Positions 47,883 through 57,827 of a stretch of 64,000 nucleotides of DNA are shown in pieces. The position numbers and the translations under genes were made by a program. The stretch is from Patescibacteria group bacterium (GTDB taxonomy: Bacteria; Patescibacteriota; WWE3; UBA101185; UBA10185): positions 755-64,754 of the forward strand of contig JBMORU010000001.1 of the NCBI GenBank assembly GCA_049322215.1, written 5' to 3'. How positions within the stretch are numbered: position 1 is the stretch's first letter; each line of letters starts with the position of its first letter. The notes below the pieces were generated by a model that worked only from the letters and a program-made list of their open reading frames with translations, ran no database searches and was not told where the DNA came from.

Positions 47883-48061
47883 AACTAACCTCTCATAAAA
47901 AAATAAACATCTTCTATTGTGGAAACATTCTTGGATATCTAGCTAATGCTTGATAGTTGGCGCAAACGCCAAAAGTTTCTACTAAACTAATTTCACGCTG
48001 AAGACGGGAGATAGCCACTGCCCCGAGCTACCTCCCAACTTCAACGAGAAATCTACAGCAC

Positions 48062-48718
48062 TTAATTGGTAAGCAGACCTTTCACGACAAGGCGTTTATT
48101 ATACCCTTGCCCTGGAAGCCAAACCCCACCGCAAGTTATTAAAGTCACAGTAGGTGCTTCAGTAGTTTCAAAGATTTCTAATCTGTTAGGATCCTGGATG
48201 TCAACATAAAATGAATCGGTTATTTTATAAGTGTATTCTCTACCGTATTCATCAACTACCGATACTGTATCATCTACTTTTATATTTTTCAATTGCCAAA
48301 ATGCAGCAGGACTTCCTGTGTTTGTATCATAATGTGCAGCAATAATTAAATTACCATTTTGCCCTGGCATAGCACCATCTTCATACCAACCGGCATCTCC
48401 CCAATTAGCGGGCACACCTAAAGCACCATCTTCTTCTACATTTATATGTACAATATTTAAACTTAAGTCAAAGGTATTTAAATAAAGCTTTTTTGGCTCT
48501 GAATACAAACCCATTCTAAAAGAATCAAAAGGAGACTCTGGTTGAGAAGTAGCTGACTCTAAATTTTTATCTATATTTTCCGTAGGCGAAGCTCCCTCAG
48601 ATATTCTATTAGAAGGTAAAAGATTAATAATACTTAAGCGGTTAGCATACAAAAAGTAACCCAATAGGGGCAAAATTACTCCAATTATTAAAATTTGTAG
48701 AAGTTTTCTTTTAGACAT
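48062..48718 (-). CDS. Sortase family transpeptidase
   Basis: N-terminal TM helix. IIAAHYD has the His. VTLITCGG is the TLxTC Cys motif. KRLVV has the Arg. It lies immediately downstream of the LPDTG-protein gene. Confidence 0.7.
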   Translation of the reverse strand: MSKRKLLQILIIGVILPLLGYFLYANRLSIINLLPSNRISEGASPTENIDKNLESATSQPESPFDSFRMGLYSEPKKLYLNTFDLSLNIVHINVEEDGALGVPANWGDAGWYEDGAMPGQNGNLIIAAHYDTNTGSPAAFWQLKNIKVDDTVSVVDEYGREYTYKITDSFYVDIQDPNRLEIFETTEAPTVTLITCGGVWLPGQGYNKRLVVKGLLTN

Positions 48719-48860
48719 ATTGAAAGTATACCTTTTTAAAGAGAAGGACTAGCTTTCGCTAGTCCAGTCTCAAAAGGTTTGCTTCCTTAGAGGAAGAATA
48801 GATGGGCCGCGTAAGTTGAACGAACCCAACCCATCTATTCTGCCTCCAAGGGCTAGTTAT
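48719..48860 (-). promoter_or_regulatory. Structured intercistronic region between the LPDTG-substrate gene and the sortase gene, with three consecutive stem-loops
   Basis: The stem-loops are GAATAGATGGG-(23 nt)-CCCATCTATTC, CTTCC-tctaa-GGAAG and GACTAGC-ttt-CGCTAGTC. It may be an attenuator or terminator-readthrough element tuning sortase relative to substrate. Confidence 0.3.
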
Positions 48861-49526
48861 TTATTTACTTTTTCTTTTTAAAGCTGTTCCACCTGTAAGC
48901 ATGCTTACACCTAATAAGGTTAAAGCTACAGTAGAACTAGCACCAGTGTCAGGCAATTCAGAAATACCTAATACATCACCTTCACTGCCTTCAAAACATA
49001 CGGTAGCTGTGTCAGAAGCTTCTTCGTTGTCATCGTATTCAACTACAGCCTCATTAACTACACAAATGTATTTATCGTCTTCTACATAATCCTCATCGAT
49101 TTTTACCTTTATTTTGAACTCTTTTTCATCACCAGGCTCAAAATCATCCCAATCTTCTGTTAAATCACCAGATATTAATTTTAAACCATCAGGTAAGTAG
49201 TCATGCATGCGCATATTATCAAAAGATACATCGTCTACACCACCGTCATCGGTTTCATTTTTTACGGTTATTATAAATACGATTTCTTCATCTATATCTT
49301 CATATTTAACAATAAGCTTATCTTTATCGGTGTTATCGTCTTCAAAACGAACTTTCTTTTCTATATCAAAAGACTTATTGATAATGCAAGGTTCACCACC
49401 ACCATATGACTGATCTTCACAGTCAGCTGCATGTGCAGTGTTAGGCACCAAAAGTACTACGCTAAAAATAGCAAGTATAATGCCCAAAAGTATTAAATTT
49501 ATTTTAAATAATTTTGTAGTATTCAT
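48861..49526 (-). CDS. LPXTG-anchored acidic surface protein (LPDTG sorting signal) with a DUF11/CARDB-like domain. The start is placed at the internal Met (MNTTKLF.., signal peptide).
   Basis: The C-terminus reads ISELPDTGASSTVALTLLGVSMLTGGTALKRKSK, the canonical LPXTG + hydrophobic + basic tail. A signal peptide with AHA cleavage site is present. The protein is very D/E-rich. Confidence 0.7.
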   Translation of the reverse strand: MNTTKLFKINLILLGIILAIFSVVLLVPNTAHAADCEDQSYGGGEPCIINKSFDIEKKVRFEDDNTDKDKLIVKYEDIDEEIVFIITVKNETDDGGVDDVSFDNMRMHDYLPDGLKLISGDLTEDWDDFEPGDEKEFKIKVKIDEDYVEDDKYICVVNEAVVEYDDNEEASDTATVCFEGSEGDVLGISELPDTGASSTVALTLLGVSMLTGGTALKRKSK

Positions 49527-49593
49527 AGTTTTTTTATTTTTTAGGCAAGAAAATTTAACAGAATATCTGCTAGTAAATGGGTAACTTTGAAAA

Positions 49594-49622
49594 ATATTAA
49601 CCCAGTTTTGCAAGTTTGTCAA
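49594..49622 (-). promoter_or_regulatory. Sigma70-like promoter for the LPDTG-protein/sortase operon
   Basis: On the minus strand: TTGACA-17 nt-TAATAT, about 65 nt upstream of the MNTTK start. Confidence 0.45.
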
Positions 49623-49705
49623 GGCTATAGGGTTGACAAATTTATAAAGCATACATAAAACATACCATTATTTATGAAGAAAGCAAAGTAGGGGTTTTTG
49701 CTAAT

Positions 49706-49735
49706 TTGACGGCAATGACTACCCCATAGTATAAT
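49706..49735 (+). promoter_or_regulatory. Sigma70-like promoter for the secreted-protein gene at 49793
   Basis: TTGACG-18 nt-TATAAT. RBS AAGGAG lies 8 nt before the ATG. Confidence 0.45.
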
Positions 49736-49792
49736 TAGGGTGTTACAATATGTAACTGTGCGTTGAAAACTAAATAATAAGGAGAATGATAA

Positions 49793-51241
49793 ATGAAAAC
49801 GCAAAAGAAAGGTTTATTGGCTTTGTTAGCCACGATCGCGGCGCCTTTAATGCTGATTGGTGCTTTTTTGACCTTAGGCAGTGAAGCAAACGCGCAAGTT
49901 CAGGCCTCAGCAGCTCTGGTTATCCCCCTTTCTACTGACGCCCCGGTAGCAGATGCAAATCCTGTCACCGGAACCGGCGAACAGTGTTGGGACGATGCCC
50001 CACGGATTGTTGATGGAAAACTGTACGATATCTGCGTTGGCTGGAACTACGCCTCTGGTGGAGCATTGAGTACGCACACCATTTGGGCCCCACAATGGCA
50101 AACGGATGCTTTCACAAGAACAATGTGGGGAGGAAATGTTGAAATGGTTGTACAATACAACGACGGCTATACATGCAGCGGACAGTCAGCGAAAGTTGAA
50201 ACTGGGCTAACTCATGCAGTTGTAGCTGTAGGCACTGGCGGCGGTAATATTGGATTTGGACCTGGCGAAGGAGCAGTTTGCGAGCACGAGGTGACGGACT
50301 TTAACACGTACGTTTTTCTTCTCACAAACGTGATTTCTGGCACCGAATTCCAAGTTCTTTCTGACGGCTTCCCTGTGTATGAGGAAACGCTACATGGTGG
50401 TTTGGCCTTTACAGTTACTGCTTCAATTCCCACCTACGCGGAATGGTCTTTGATTCAAACAAACTTGACCCCTCCTGGAGGTGAAGCTGTTCAATCTAGC
50501 CAAGGGTATACATATAATCCCAATCCATCAGAACCTCCTGTGGTACCCGAACTGAATGTCTCTTTGATCACGCCGGTGTTACTCACACAACCTATCACTG
50601 ACACAAGCACGACAGTTGCAGACAACAACGACATTTGCTACAGCGCGCCCGCGGTAGGCTACCTAAGCAACGCATCTCTTCCTGAATGTGTACGGTTCGA
50701 AACTTCGGCACCTACCTCTACGATCGAACTGTTCTACACACCGGAAATGGTAGAGACCAACGGAGATCAAACACTGTGGACCTTTGACCCGGCCAATATG
50801 GATCTCATTGTTACTTACGCTGATGGCACCCAGATGATCTGCGATAGTATCTACATCGTGCCTGGCCCCATGAAAATCGAAGTTATCGGCCAAGGCAGTA
50901 TCGGTCAAGGTGGTGGTGTTTCTGATTCGTGCAACTACGTGCCCGCCTTCCCCATGAAGAAATTCGGCATCAACGTAGCAAACGTCTCGGAACCCACATC
51001 TGTTGTGATGGCCTATGGAGAAAGCAATCCAGAAATCCTGACAAGCCAAACCATCACTACCGATACAGAAATCGTCGTAGAAGTTCCAACCTACCAATGG
51101 ACGTACGTGAGCACCTGGACCTGCGACGCAAACACGGCGCTTATCGGTGGCTTATGTGCACCTTCGCAAGCAGAAGTATCCGGCTGGATGTACTTGCCCC
51201 CGCAACTTACATTCATGCCTGTCGTGTTCAACAACCAGTAA
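49793..51241 (+). CDS. Secreted hypothetical protein (482 aa), GC-rich (about 50%)
   Basis: Signal peptide MKTQKKGLLALLATIAAPLMLIGAFLTLGSEANA. No sorting signal. Composition is distinct from its neighbours. Confidence 0.5.
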   Translation: MKTQKKGLLALLATIAAPLMLIGAFLTLGSEANAQVQASAALVIPLSTDAPVADANPVTGTGEQCWDDAPRIVDGKLYDICVGWNYASGGALSTHTIWAPQWQTDAFTRTMWGGNVEMVVQYNDGYTCSGQSAKVETGLTHAVVAVGTGGGNIGFGPGEGAVCEHEVTDFNTYVFLLTNVISGTEFQVLSDGFPVYEETLHGGLAFTVTASIPTYAEWSLIQTNLTPPGGEAVQSSQGYTYNPNPSEPPVVPELNVSLITPVLLTQPITDTSTTVADNNDICYSAPAVGYLSNASLPECVRFETSAPTSTIELFYTPEMVETNGDQTLWTFDPANMDLIVTYADGTQMICDSIYIVPGPMKIEVIGQGSIGQGGGVSDSCNYVPAFPMKKFGINVANVSEPTSVVMAYGESNPEILTSQTITTDTEIVVEVPTYQWTYVSTWTCDANTALIGGLCAPSQAEVSGWMYLPPQLTFMPVVFNNQ

Positions 51242-51381
51242 ACCAACCTTAAACGCACACAGCTATGCCTCATAAAGTATAGCTAGATATCAAGGGCGAG
51301 CATTAGTGATTGTAAACTTAAAAATTTACTCTCATTAATGACTCGCCTTTCTTTTTTCCCTCAATTCTCTATAATTTTCAC

Positions 51382-52581
51382 ATGCAAGACAAAGAGTTAA
51401 AAGTACTATTAACAATACCTTTCTTTTACCCACATAGAGGTGGCAGTCAAAAATACGCAGAAGAAGTTTTAGCACCAATGGTAGAAAAACATAAAAATGT
51501 AAAAGTTGACGTACTTTGTTACAACACAGATCATGTTTCTGAAAAAGAAGAATACCGAGGTTTTACTGTTTATAGAGTTCCTTGTTGGAACATAATTCCC
51601 GCACGTTTCGCTTTAGCTAAACCATTGGCATTAAATAAAAAATTAAAAGAACTTTCGCATGAAAAATACGACTATGTAATTACACATATAAGATTTTTTG
51701 ATCCTACATGGTGGGCATGGCGTTATGCTAAGAAAATAGGCGCTAAAAGTATATTTACCGGCCATGTACCCTCGCATCCTGCACATCAAAGTAAAATTGT
51801 TGAATTTGTGGCGAAAACGGTAGATTTAACTATTGCAACCTTATCTTTGAAAAAGTATGACTATTTGGTCTTTGTAAATAAGGCTTCTCAAAAGTTTTTT
51901 AAAGAAAAGCTAGGAGTAAAAAAAGAGTCCTTTCTTGTATATATAGGTGTTAATACTAAAGAATTTAAACATGCGAACATAGATAGTGAACGAAAAATTC
52001 CTACAACAAATAAAATACTGAATAAAGATGACATTCTGGTGCTATTTTTAGGTAGAGTTATTTGGACCAAAGGCCCGCAGTTTGTTATTGAGTCTGCTAA
52101 AGAACTAGTTAAATCAGGTTATAGCAATGTTTACTTTGTAATAGCTGGCCCAGGAGAATTAGAAAACGAACTTAAACAAAAAATAAAAGAATACGGATTA
52201 GAAGAAAAAGTGTTTATGACAGGGTCTTTAGAGTACGACAAAGTAAAACATTTATACTCTATAAGTGACATTTTTGTTAATCCCTCACATCATAACGAAG
52301 GGCTCCCTAACACATTGCTTGAAGCAGGAAGTTCAGAACTGTTAGTTATAGCTTCAGATAATGGTGGTACAACAGAGTTAGTAATAAATAATGAAACCGG
52401 AATAGTTATTCCACAAAAAGATCAGCAAGCACTAACCAATGCCTTAACATGGGCACTAAATAACCCACAAGAAGCAAAAAAACTCGCACAAAATATAAGA
52501 CAAAAAACTGTTAACGAGTTTGACTGGGATGCTCTATCAGAGCAATTTTATAATTTACTTGTAAATGACTTTAATAATTAA
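51382..52581 (+). CDS. Glycosyltransferase family 1 (GT4-type)
   Basis: EGLPNTLLEAGSSELLVIASDNGGTTELV is the E-x7-E motif. N-terminal GT-B domain. Confidence 0.75.
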   Translation: MQDKELKVLLTIPFFYPHRGGSQKYAEEVLAPMVEKHKNVKVDVLCYNTDHVSEKEEYRGFTVYRVPCWNIIPARFALAKPLALNKKLKELSHEKYDYVITHIRFFDPTWWAWRYAKKIGAKSIFTGHVPSHPAHQSKIVEFVAKTVDLTIATLSLKKYDYLVFVNKASQKFFKEKLGVKKESFLVYIGVNTKEFKHANIDSERKIPTTNKILNKDDILVLFLGRVIWTKGPQFVIESAKELVKSGYSNVYFVIAGPGELENELKQKIKEYGLEEKVFMTGSLEYDKVKHLYSISDIFVNPSHHNEGLPNTLLEAGSSELLVIASDNGGTTELVINNETGIVIPQKDQQALTNALTWALNNPQEAKKLAQNIRQKTVNEFDWDALSEQFYNLLVNDFNN

Positions 52582-52679
52582 ATTGAGATTAGATTGCAGG
52601 CCTGCAAAATTCTTTAATTTGTTACACTGTTAGCTCAATTTATTTATTTTTTAACGTTGTGATAGTTTATTATTTCTAG

Positions 52680-53462
52680 TTACTTACCTCCTTGTACTGC
52701 GTGTTGCGGTTTTCGTAAGCTAGATTGATTTGGCTTAGAAACCTCTCCTCGCAAAAAATTTAATATTTTACAATCATCAGTAAATCTTCTTTTTAATATA
52801 TATAAAAAGTGACTCGTACCCGTTTTCCATATTTGTTGTTTACTTGGTTCTTTATCACGTACAGCGTGATCTATTGGGAATTGTCCAAATTTAACATTTT
52901 TGTTTACCATTGCAGCTATCTTAATCTCTGGCGATAAATTCCAGTCACCCATTTTTAAATTTAGTAAAGGTACTGCTTCTTTTTTCACGCCCCACATACC
53001 AGACAAACTGTCTTTTATATATCGTCCATACAAGAAAAGTATCTCAATATTTAAAATGTAAATTCCTAAACGGCGCACGGGCTTTATAGCCTCCGGGGTT
53101 TTTAAGGGTAATCGGTGCCCTACAACAAAATCAAAGTCATTATTTAGCATATATTCAAACATGTCTTTAATTTGATATGCAGGATAAGTGTCATCACCGT
53201 CCATCGCAAATATGTAATCACCTGTAGCATTCGCAAAACCAGTGATATGTGCATAGCCATACCCGATGCCATTTAACTTACGGTTTTCTGTTACAACTTT
53301 TGCACCGGCATTTTTAGCCACTTCTGCTGTATTATCGCTAGAACCGTTATCTACAACAATAATTTCATCTACATAGTCGGGAACGTGACTAATTGTAGTA
53401 GCTATGCCTTTCTCCTCATTTTTACACGGTATTATTAAACTAATTCTCTTGTCTTTTATCAT
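52680..53462 (-). CDS. Glycosyltransferase family 2 (polyprenyl-phosphate sugar synthase/DPM1-like)
   Basis: ISLIIPCKNEE..VDEIIVVDNGSSDNT...FAMDGDDTYP carries the DxD and GT2 signature motifs. Confidence 0.8.
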   Translation of the reverse strand: MIKDKRISLIIPCKNEEKGIATTISHVPDYVDEIIVVDNGSSDNTAEVAKNAGAKVVTENRKLNGIGYGYAHITGFANATGDYIFAMDGDDTYPAYQIKDMFEYMLNNDFDFVVGHRLPLKTPEAIKPVRRLGIYILNIEILFLYGRYIKDSLSGMWGVKKEAVPLLNLKMGDWNLSPEIKIAAMVNKNVKFGQFPIDHAVRDKEPSKQQIWKTGTSHFLYILKRRFTDDCKILNFLRGEVSKPNQSSLRKPQHAVQGGK

Positions 53463-53576
53463 TCTAGTTTAATGCTCCTCCAAGCATAAATTAATAGTTT
53501 ATTACTATGAGTTATATATAACCAAAAACTATGAGTTATGTCAACACTTATTTTGAGAAAGTTTTTTCTATTATAT

Positions 53577-54170
53577 TCATTTGTTGAGATGAGAGCCTTT
53601 TAAGCGGAAATTTCTTTTTATGAAGTTATAAATTACTGAGTTACTCATTAGTGGCCATTTAATAAATTCCAAAAAAGCTAGTTTAAAGTATGTGGCAATA
53701 CTTATATAAGGACGATCCTCTACTGATATAAAGCTAATATTTATATTTTCTAACCTTTTAAGCTCTTTTGCTTTATTAAAAGCAATTTTAGCTCTACGCA
53801 TTTGAAGGGTGGAAGTTATTACAATTAGTTCATTTGGGAGCTTTTCATTGGCTATAAAATTAAAAGTGTAAAAAGCGTTGGTAATTAAGTCGTCTGAAAA
53901 GTTTTCTACTATTATAGAATCTTCGGGAACATCCAAGCTTTGTGCTAAAGACTTCATTGCCAGAGATTCACTAAACCCGTAATTGTTTAAGTAAAAACTG
54001 CTGTTCCCTGAGAAAATTATTTTTTCTACGGCATTTGCTTTGTATAGTTCTACAGATTTTTTAACACGATTTTGCGACAATATAGGTAAACTGCCGTCAT
54101 TAAGTATGCCATAGCCCAGTACCACTGCATATTTAGTTTTTACTTTATTTTGCTTCGAAGACATAGACAC
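53577..54170 (-). CDS. DUF218 (YdcF/ElyC/SanA-like) domain protein
   Basis: AVVLGYGILNDGSLPILSQNRVKKSVELYK..IIFSGNS...SESLAMKSLA...IIVENFSDDLITNA...LIVITSTLQMRRAKIAF matches the DUF218 pattern. Confidence 0.6.
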   Translation of the reverse strand: MSMSSKQNKVKTKYAVVLGYGILNDGSLPILSQNRVKKSVELYKANAVEKIIFSGNSSFYLNNYGFSESLAMKSLAQSLDVPEDSIIVENFSDDLITNAFYTFNFIANEKLPNELIVITSTLQMRRAKIAFNKAKELKRLENINISFISVEDRPYISIATYFKLAFLEFIKWPLMSNSVIYNFIKRNFRLKGSHLNK

Positions 54171-54273
54171 ACGGACTTTATTATAACAAGAAAAAAACCC
54201 TTACATTAATTTCTGTAGTAGAAACTAACGTAAGGGTTTATGCCCAAAACAACAAACTGGCTAGACTTTTAAG

Positions 54274-54714
54274 TTAGGGGCGCTCGGGATCCGGTATTTT
54301 AAAGAGCAAAACAGCAAAAGGGCCGATTTCTTCATGGGAAACTATAAAACGATACCCTCGTGGGAACTCGCCTTGGGTTTCATAAGAGAAAACAACCTCA
54401 TCACCCTCCACACCATGAAAAATCAACGTAATCACAGCATCCTCTACACGTAACGTATACTCGTTATCGTTCATTGGGGCTTCTGCGGTAAACTCCCTCT
54501 TGTCAGTGGCCTGGATCGACTCAATTCTACTGTTTAACTCAGCCGGCGAAGCTTGCTGCAAAGTAAATTCGGTGCCTTCATGCGTGGCCTCAACATAAAC
54601 TTCAGGGGTTGTTTCGGTGGGTAAACACGCTGCCAGCAGACCCAACAGCACAATGCTTAGCAAAAAAACTATTCGTCTCATTTCTTTTTCCTTTTTATTT
54701 GGATTTGTGACCAA
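54274..54714 (-). CDS. Small lipoprotein (lipobox LLAAC), GC-rich
   Basis: MRRIVFLLSIVLLGLLAACLP is a signal peptide plus lipobox. GC is about 47% against an AT-rich flank. Confidence 0.5.
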   Translation of the reverse strand: MVTNPNKKEKEMRRIVFLLSIVLLGLLAACLPTETTPEVYVEATHEGTEFTLQQASPAELNSRIESIQATDKREFTAEAPMNDNEYTLRVEDAVITLIFHGVEGDEVVFSYETQGEFPRGYRFIVSHEEIGPFAVLLFKIPDPERP

Positions 54715-54783
54715 TATAATCTACTTACAGGATCTTATTATAACAGTACAAAAGCCTCTTATCAATACTATAGGTTTGCAAGT

Positions 54784-55701
54784 GTGTTGCCAAGCATTAA
54801 GCAATTATTTGAGATATACTTAAATAGTATTATGAAAAGAAAAGAACTAAATCAGTTACTTCCACAAATAATAGGCTTAGTAGTAGTTATTGCCACAGTA
54901 TTAATATCGATAGGTGGAAAAGAAATTCCAATTGGAACTAATGTAGCAAAAAAAGTAGGTAGATATAGTGTTAAAACCTATAAATACGGTGTATTTTTAA
55001 ATCAAACCCCATCTAGAGTTTTTTATAATTTTTCTCCATACGATGCGTATTATATAAATGATGACAACGACCAAATAAGATTACTATTTTGGGAGAATCT
55101 TATTGTCAGTAGCGAATTAAGTCAACCCATTGGATCGTTCAAATCACGACTCATTGCATTACTAAGCATATTTAATCAAATTCAACCTAAAGCTACATTT
55201 TTAACACAAGATGGGCCTTTAGTATTGGAAACTGCTGTAAACAACCATATGTTAAATGTTAAGCTCGCACAAAGCCCATACGAAGGCTGGGGACATCACA
55301 CTGTATTAACTATGTCATTTGATGACAACGATTACATTTTTACCCAGCAAGGTAACCTTTTAACCGAGAAAGATTCTGAAGAAGTAAAGGAGTTTGAAAA
55401 GTTTTTTAACTATAGTCTAAATCCACTAAACACAGAAATAGAAGAATTTAGTGAAAACCTAGAAGAAACAGAAATGGTAAAAAAAACACCAACTCCTGAA
55501 GATTTGAAAGTTAAAGAAGCTATATACATTGTGAATCCAAAAACAGAAGGTGTTTTAAGGATTAAACAGGAATTCAATCAAGACGCCGTTATTGAGGTTA
55601 ATTTAGAAAAAGAACTGATAGAATTTGTACAACCCAGCTGGAAAAAAGCAGAGGCAACTATAGAACTATTTGATTCGTTAGAGGAGGCACTTAATAAATG
55701 A
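54784..55701 (+). CDS. Hypothetical membrane-anchored protein. Its stop overlaps the next gene's start (ATGA), so the two are translationally coupled.
   Basis: TM helix near the N-terminus (LLPQIIGLVVVIATVLISIGG). Coding-like composition. Confidence 0.45.
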   Translation: MLPSIKQLFEIYLNSIMKRKELNQLLPQIIGLVVVIATVLISIGGKEIPIGTNVAKKVGRYSVKTYKYGVFLNQTPSRVFYNFSPYDAYYINDDNDQIRLLFWENLIVSSELSQPIGSFKSRLIALLSIFNQIQPKATFLTQDGPLVLETAVNNHMLNVKLAQSPYEGWGHHTVLTMSFDDNDYIFTQQGNLLTEKDSEEVKEFEKFFNYSLNPLNTEIEEFSENLEETEMVKKTPTPEDLKVKEAIYIVNPKTEGVLRIKQEFNQDAVIEVNLEKELIEFVQPSWKKAEATIELFDSLEEALNK

Positions 55702-57665
55702 GCTACACTCAATACTTAATACCAATGGTTGCCGCTTCAATGTTTTATATTAGTCCAATTCTAATAGGGCGGGCTTTTATAATTTTAAAAAAGCTAGCGT
55801 ACAAAAGTAGAACATTAATTGAACTCGAAAGCGATGATAACGTTGCCTTTGCCATTACCGAACTAGTAATGAGTTTTGTGTACGGCGCCATAATAACGTT
55901 TGGCTTGGCATTTTTAACTTTTTCAGAAAAATTTAGCAGTCTTTTGAACAAAACATTTGCTCAGGGCTTCAGAAATGCAATGATCACGGCACTTACAGTT
56001 TCGACAGTAATTGTTTTAACAAACACAATTTTTAATTTACTTAAAAAACCTCAAATAAAACTAGCTAAACTCGCAGTGCCAATTTATATAATTGCACTGT
56101 CCTTAGGAGCATACGCAATTTGGCGATGGGATGCAGGCTTAAACACAACCTTAAATTGGGATTTATACGAACACCAAACCATAGTTAACGAAATGCAAAA
56201 GGGCAACTTTGATATAACACCGTTAAACCTTAGCGACACCTTTCAGTTTAATAGTTACTCAACCTTATTTCACGTTTTAATATTTCAGGCACAGTTGCTT
56301 GTTAAAAGCGATATATTAGGATTTTGGTGGTTTGTTGAATACTTTCACTTGCTAGGAACTATTGCCGTCTCATACGTTGTAGGATATGCCCTAACACGAA
56401 ACAAATGGATAGGTATAACAAGTGCGCTATTTGGAGCATTTATTTTTGAGTCATTCATTGCTTATACTTCTTTATTTTTAATTCCGCAAAACTTGGCAGC
56501 AACTGTTATAGCCGCATTTTTAGCTAGAACAGTGATTAGAAACCAAAGAGGAGATACAACGCACGAAATAAGTACAGGGATAGTAATAATATACTTACTT
56601 TTAAATCATTTAATAATTGGGGCAGCCGGCGTAGCTGTGGTGCTTTTTGCAAACTCTTACCTAAATATTTTCAAAAAAACAAAAAGAATACCTTTGCAAC
56701 AAATTTTGGTGTTGTTAGCCGCTTTAGTTGTGGTACTAAGTCCTTTAGTAACAAGCAAAATAGAAACATACGATGATCTAAATAGAGGAGAAGCAGAACA
56801 TTTTAATTTATCTATAGAAAGAAAACTTGGCCTAGTAACCGAATTCTACGGATTCACTTTTTTCATTTTACTCCCTCTAGGATTAATGTATGTAATAAAT
56901 CGTAAAAGAACTGATTTGTATTTACTTTTGCTAATTACACTTGGAACTTTAGGTGTTGTAGGAGCTACACTGCCTTATACGCTAAAGTTTTACACTACAG
57001 GCAGGTATCTTGTGCATGCGGTAATGGCAATCGGGTTCTGGGACATTGTGAAGCGTTTCAACGTTTTCTTTAAAAGCTTAAGCTTTTTGCTACTAACAGC
57101 TGCGCTATTAATTATCTACACCTTAAATATTAGCGGCTTCAAACAAACACCTGTATATAAAACAACATCTACACACGTAACAGATTACGAAATAGAAGCT
57201 GCAAAATTTATAAAAGATAACTATTATGGACAAAACGTGTGGATAGTAAGTGAGCCAGCAACAATGTACATTTTAGAAGGGCTTTCTGGAGTAAATTCCC
57301 CAGGCGGAGTATTTACTGAAATATCAAATAGAGAAGTACTATCTCAAATATATTTCACACGTGATTCAGTTGAAATGGCAAAGCAAATTTACAATATTGA
57401 TGATTTGTTGCTAAAAGAAAAACCCGACAAAATTTTATTTACAGTAAGCGGAAGGTTTTCACGCTGGCAAGGTTTTAAGGACAAATATAAGTTTGGGATT
57501 TTTTGGAACGTTTGGACACCAGAGGATTTAACATTGGTAGATTACGATTTTATTAACTTTATGGAAGAATACGCTAAGTTTAAGCTAGTTTTTAAAAATA
57601 ATGGTCTTGCTATATTTGAGGTTCCTAATCCTGAAAGAGTTGAGGGGTTTTCGAATGCACGCTGA
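55698..57665 (+). CDS. Polytopic membrane protein (655 aa) with a C-terminal soluble domain. Possibly a GT-C-type glycosyltransferase, given the neighbouring GT1/GT2 genes (inference).
   Basis: About 12 predicted TM helices and then roughly a 220-aa hydrophilic C-domain. No specific motif recognised. Confidence 0.45.
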   Translation: MSYTQYLIPMVAASMFYISPILIGRAFIILKKLAYKSRTLIELESDDNVAFAITELVMSFVYGAIITFGLAFLTFSEKFSSLLNKTFAQGFRNAMITALTVSTVIVLTNTIFNLLKKPQIKLAKLAVPIYIIALSLGAYAIWRWDAGLNTTLNWDLYEHQTIVNEMQKGNFDITPLNLSDTFQFNSYSTLFHVLIFQAQLLVKSDILGFWWFVEYFHLLGTIAVSYVVGYALTRNKWIGITSALFGAFIFESFIAYTSLFLIPQNLAATVIAAFLARTVIRNQRGDTTHEISTGIVIIYLLLNHLIIGAAGVAVVLFANSYLNIFKKTKRIPLQQILVLLAALVVVLSPLVTSKIETYDDLNRGEAEHFNLSIERKLGLVTEFYGFTFFILLPLGLMYVINRKRTDLYLLLLITLGTLGVVGATLPYTLKFYTTGRYLVHAVMAIGFWDIVKRFNVFFKSLSFLLLTAALLIIYTLNISGFKQTPVYKTTSTHVTDYEIEAAKFIKDNYYGQNVWIVSEPATMYILEGLSGVNSPGGVFTEISNREVLSQIYFTRDSVEMAKQIYNIDDLLLKEKPDKILFTVSGRFSRWQGFKDKYKFGIFWNVWTPEDLTLVDYDFINFMEEYAKFKLVFKNNGLAIFEVPNPERVEGFSNAR

Positions 57666-57827
57666 ATGACACTCTTTTCGCGCTTGAATGTTCTATAACT
57701 TAAGCCTGTGACTTTCTCAACAGTAAAAAAAATGGCGTAGAAAATACAATGCAGGTTTTATCCTTTATTGTACTTACTACGCCATGTGTCGCGTTAGTTA
57801 GTAGAACTAGCTAACTTTTGGTTTTGA

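Noticed and set aside
50212-51273. Multiple overlapping ORFs (50212-50433, 50663-51097, 50929-51252, 51091-51273) around the GC-rich secreted-protein gene
   Set aside because: The high GC content reduces stop-codon frequency in alternative frames. All are nested in or antisense to the 482-aa gene, which has a promoter, RBS and signal peptide.
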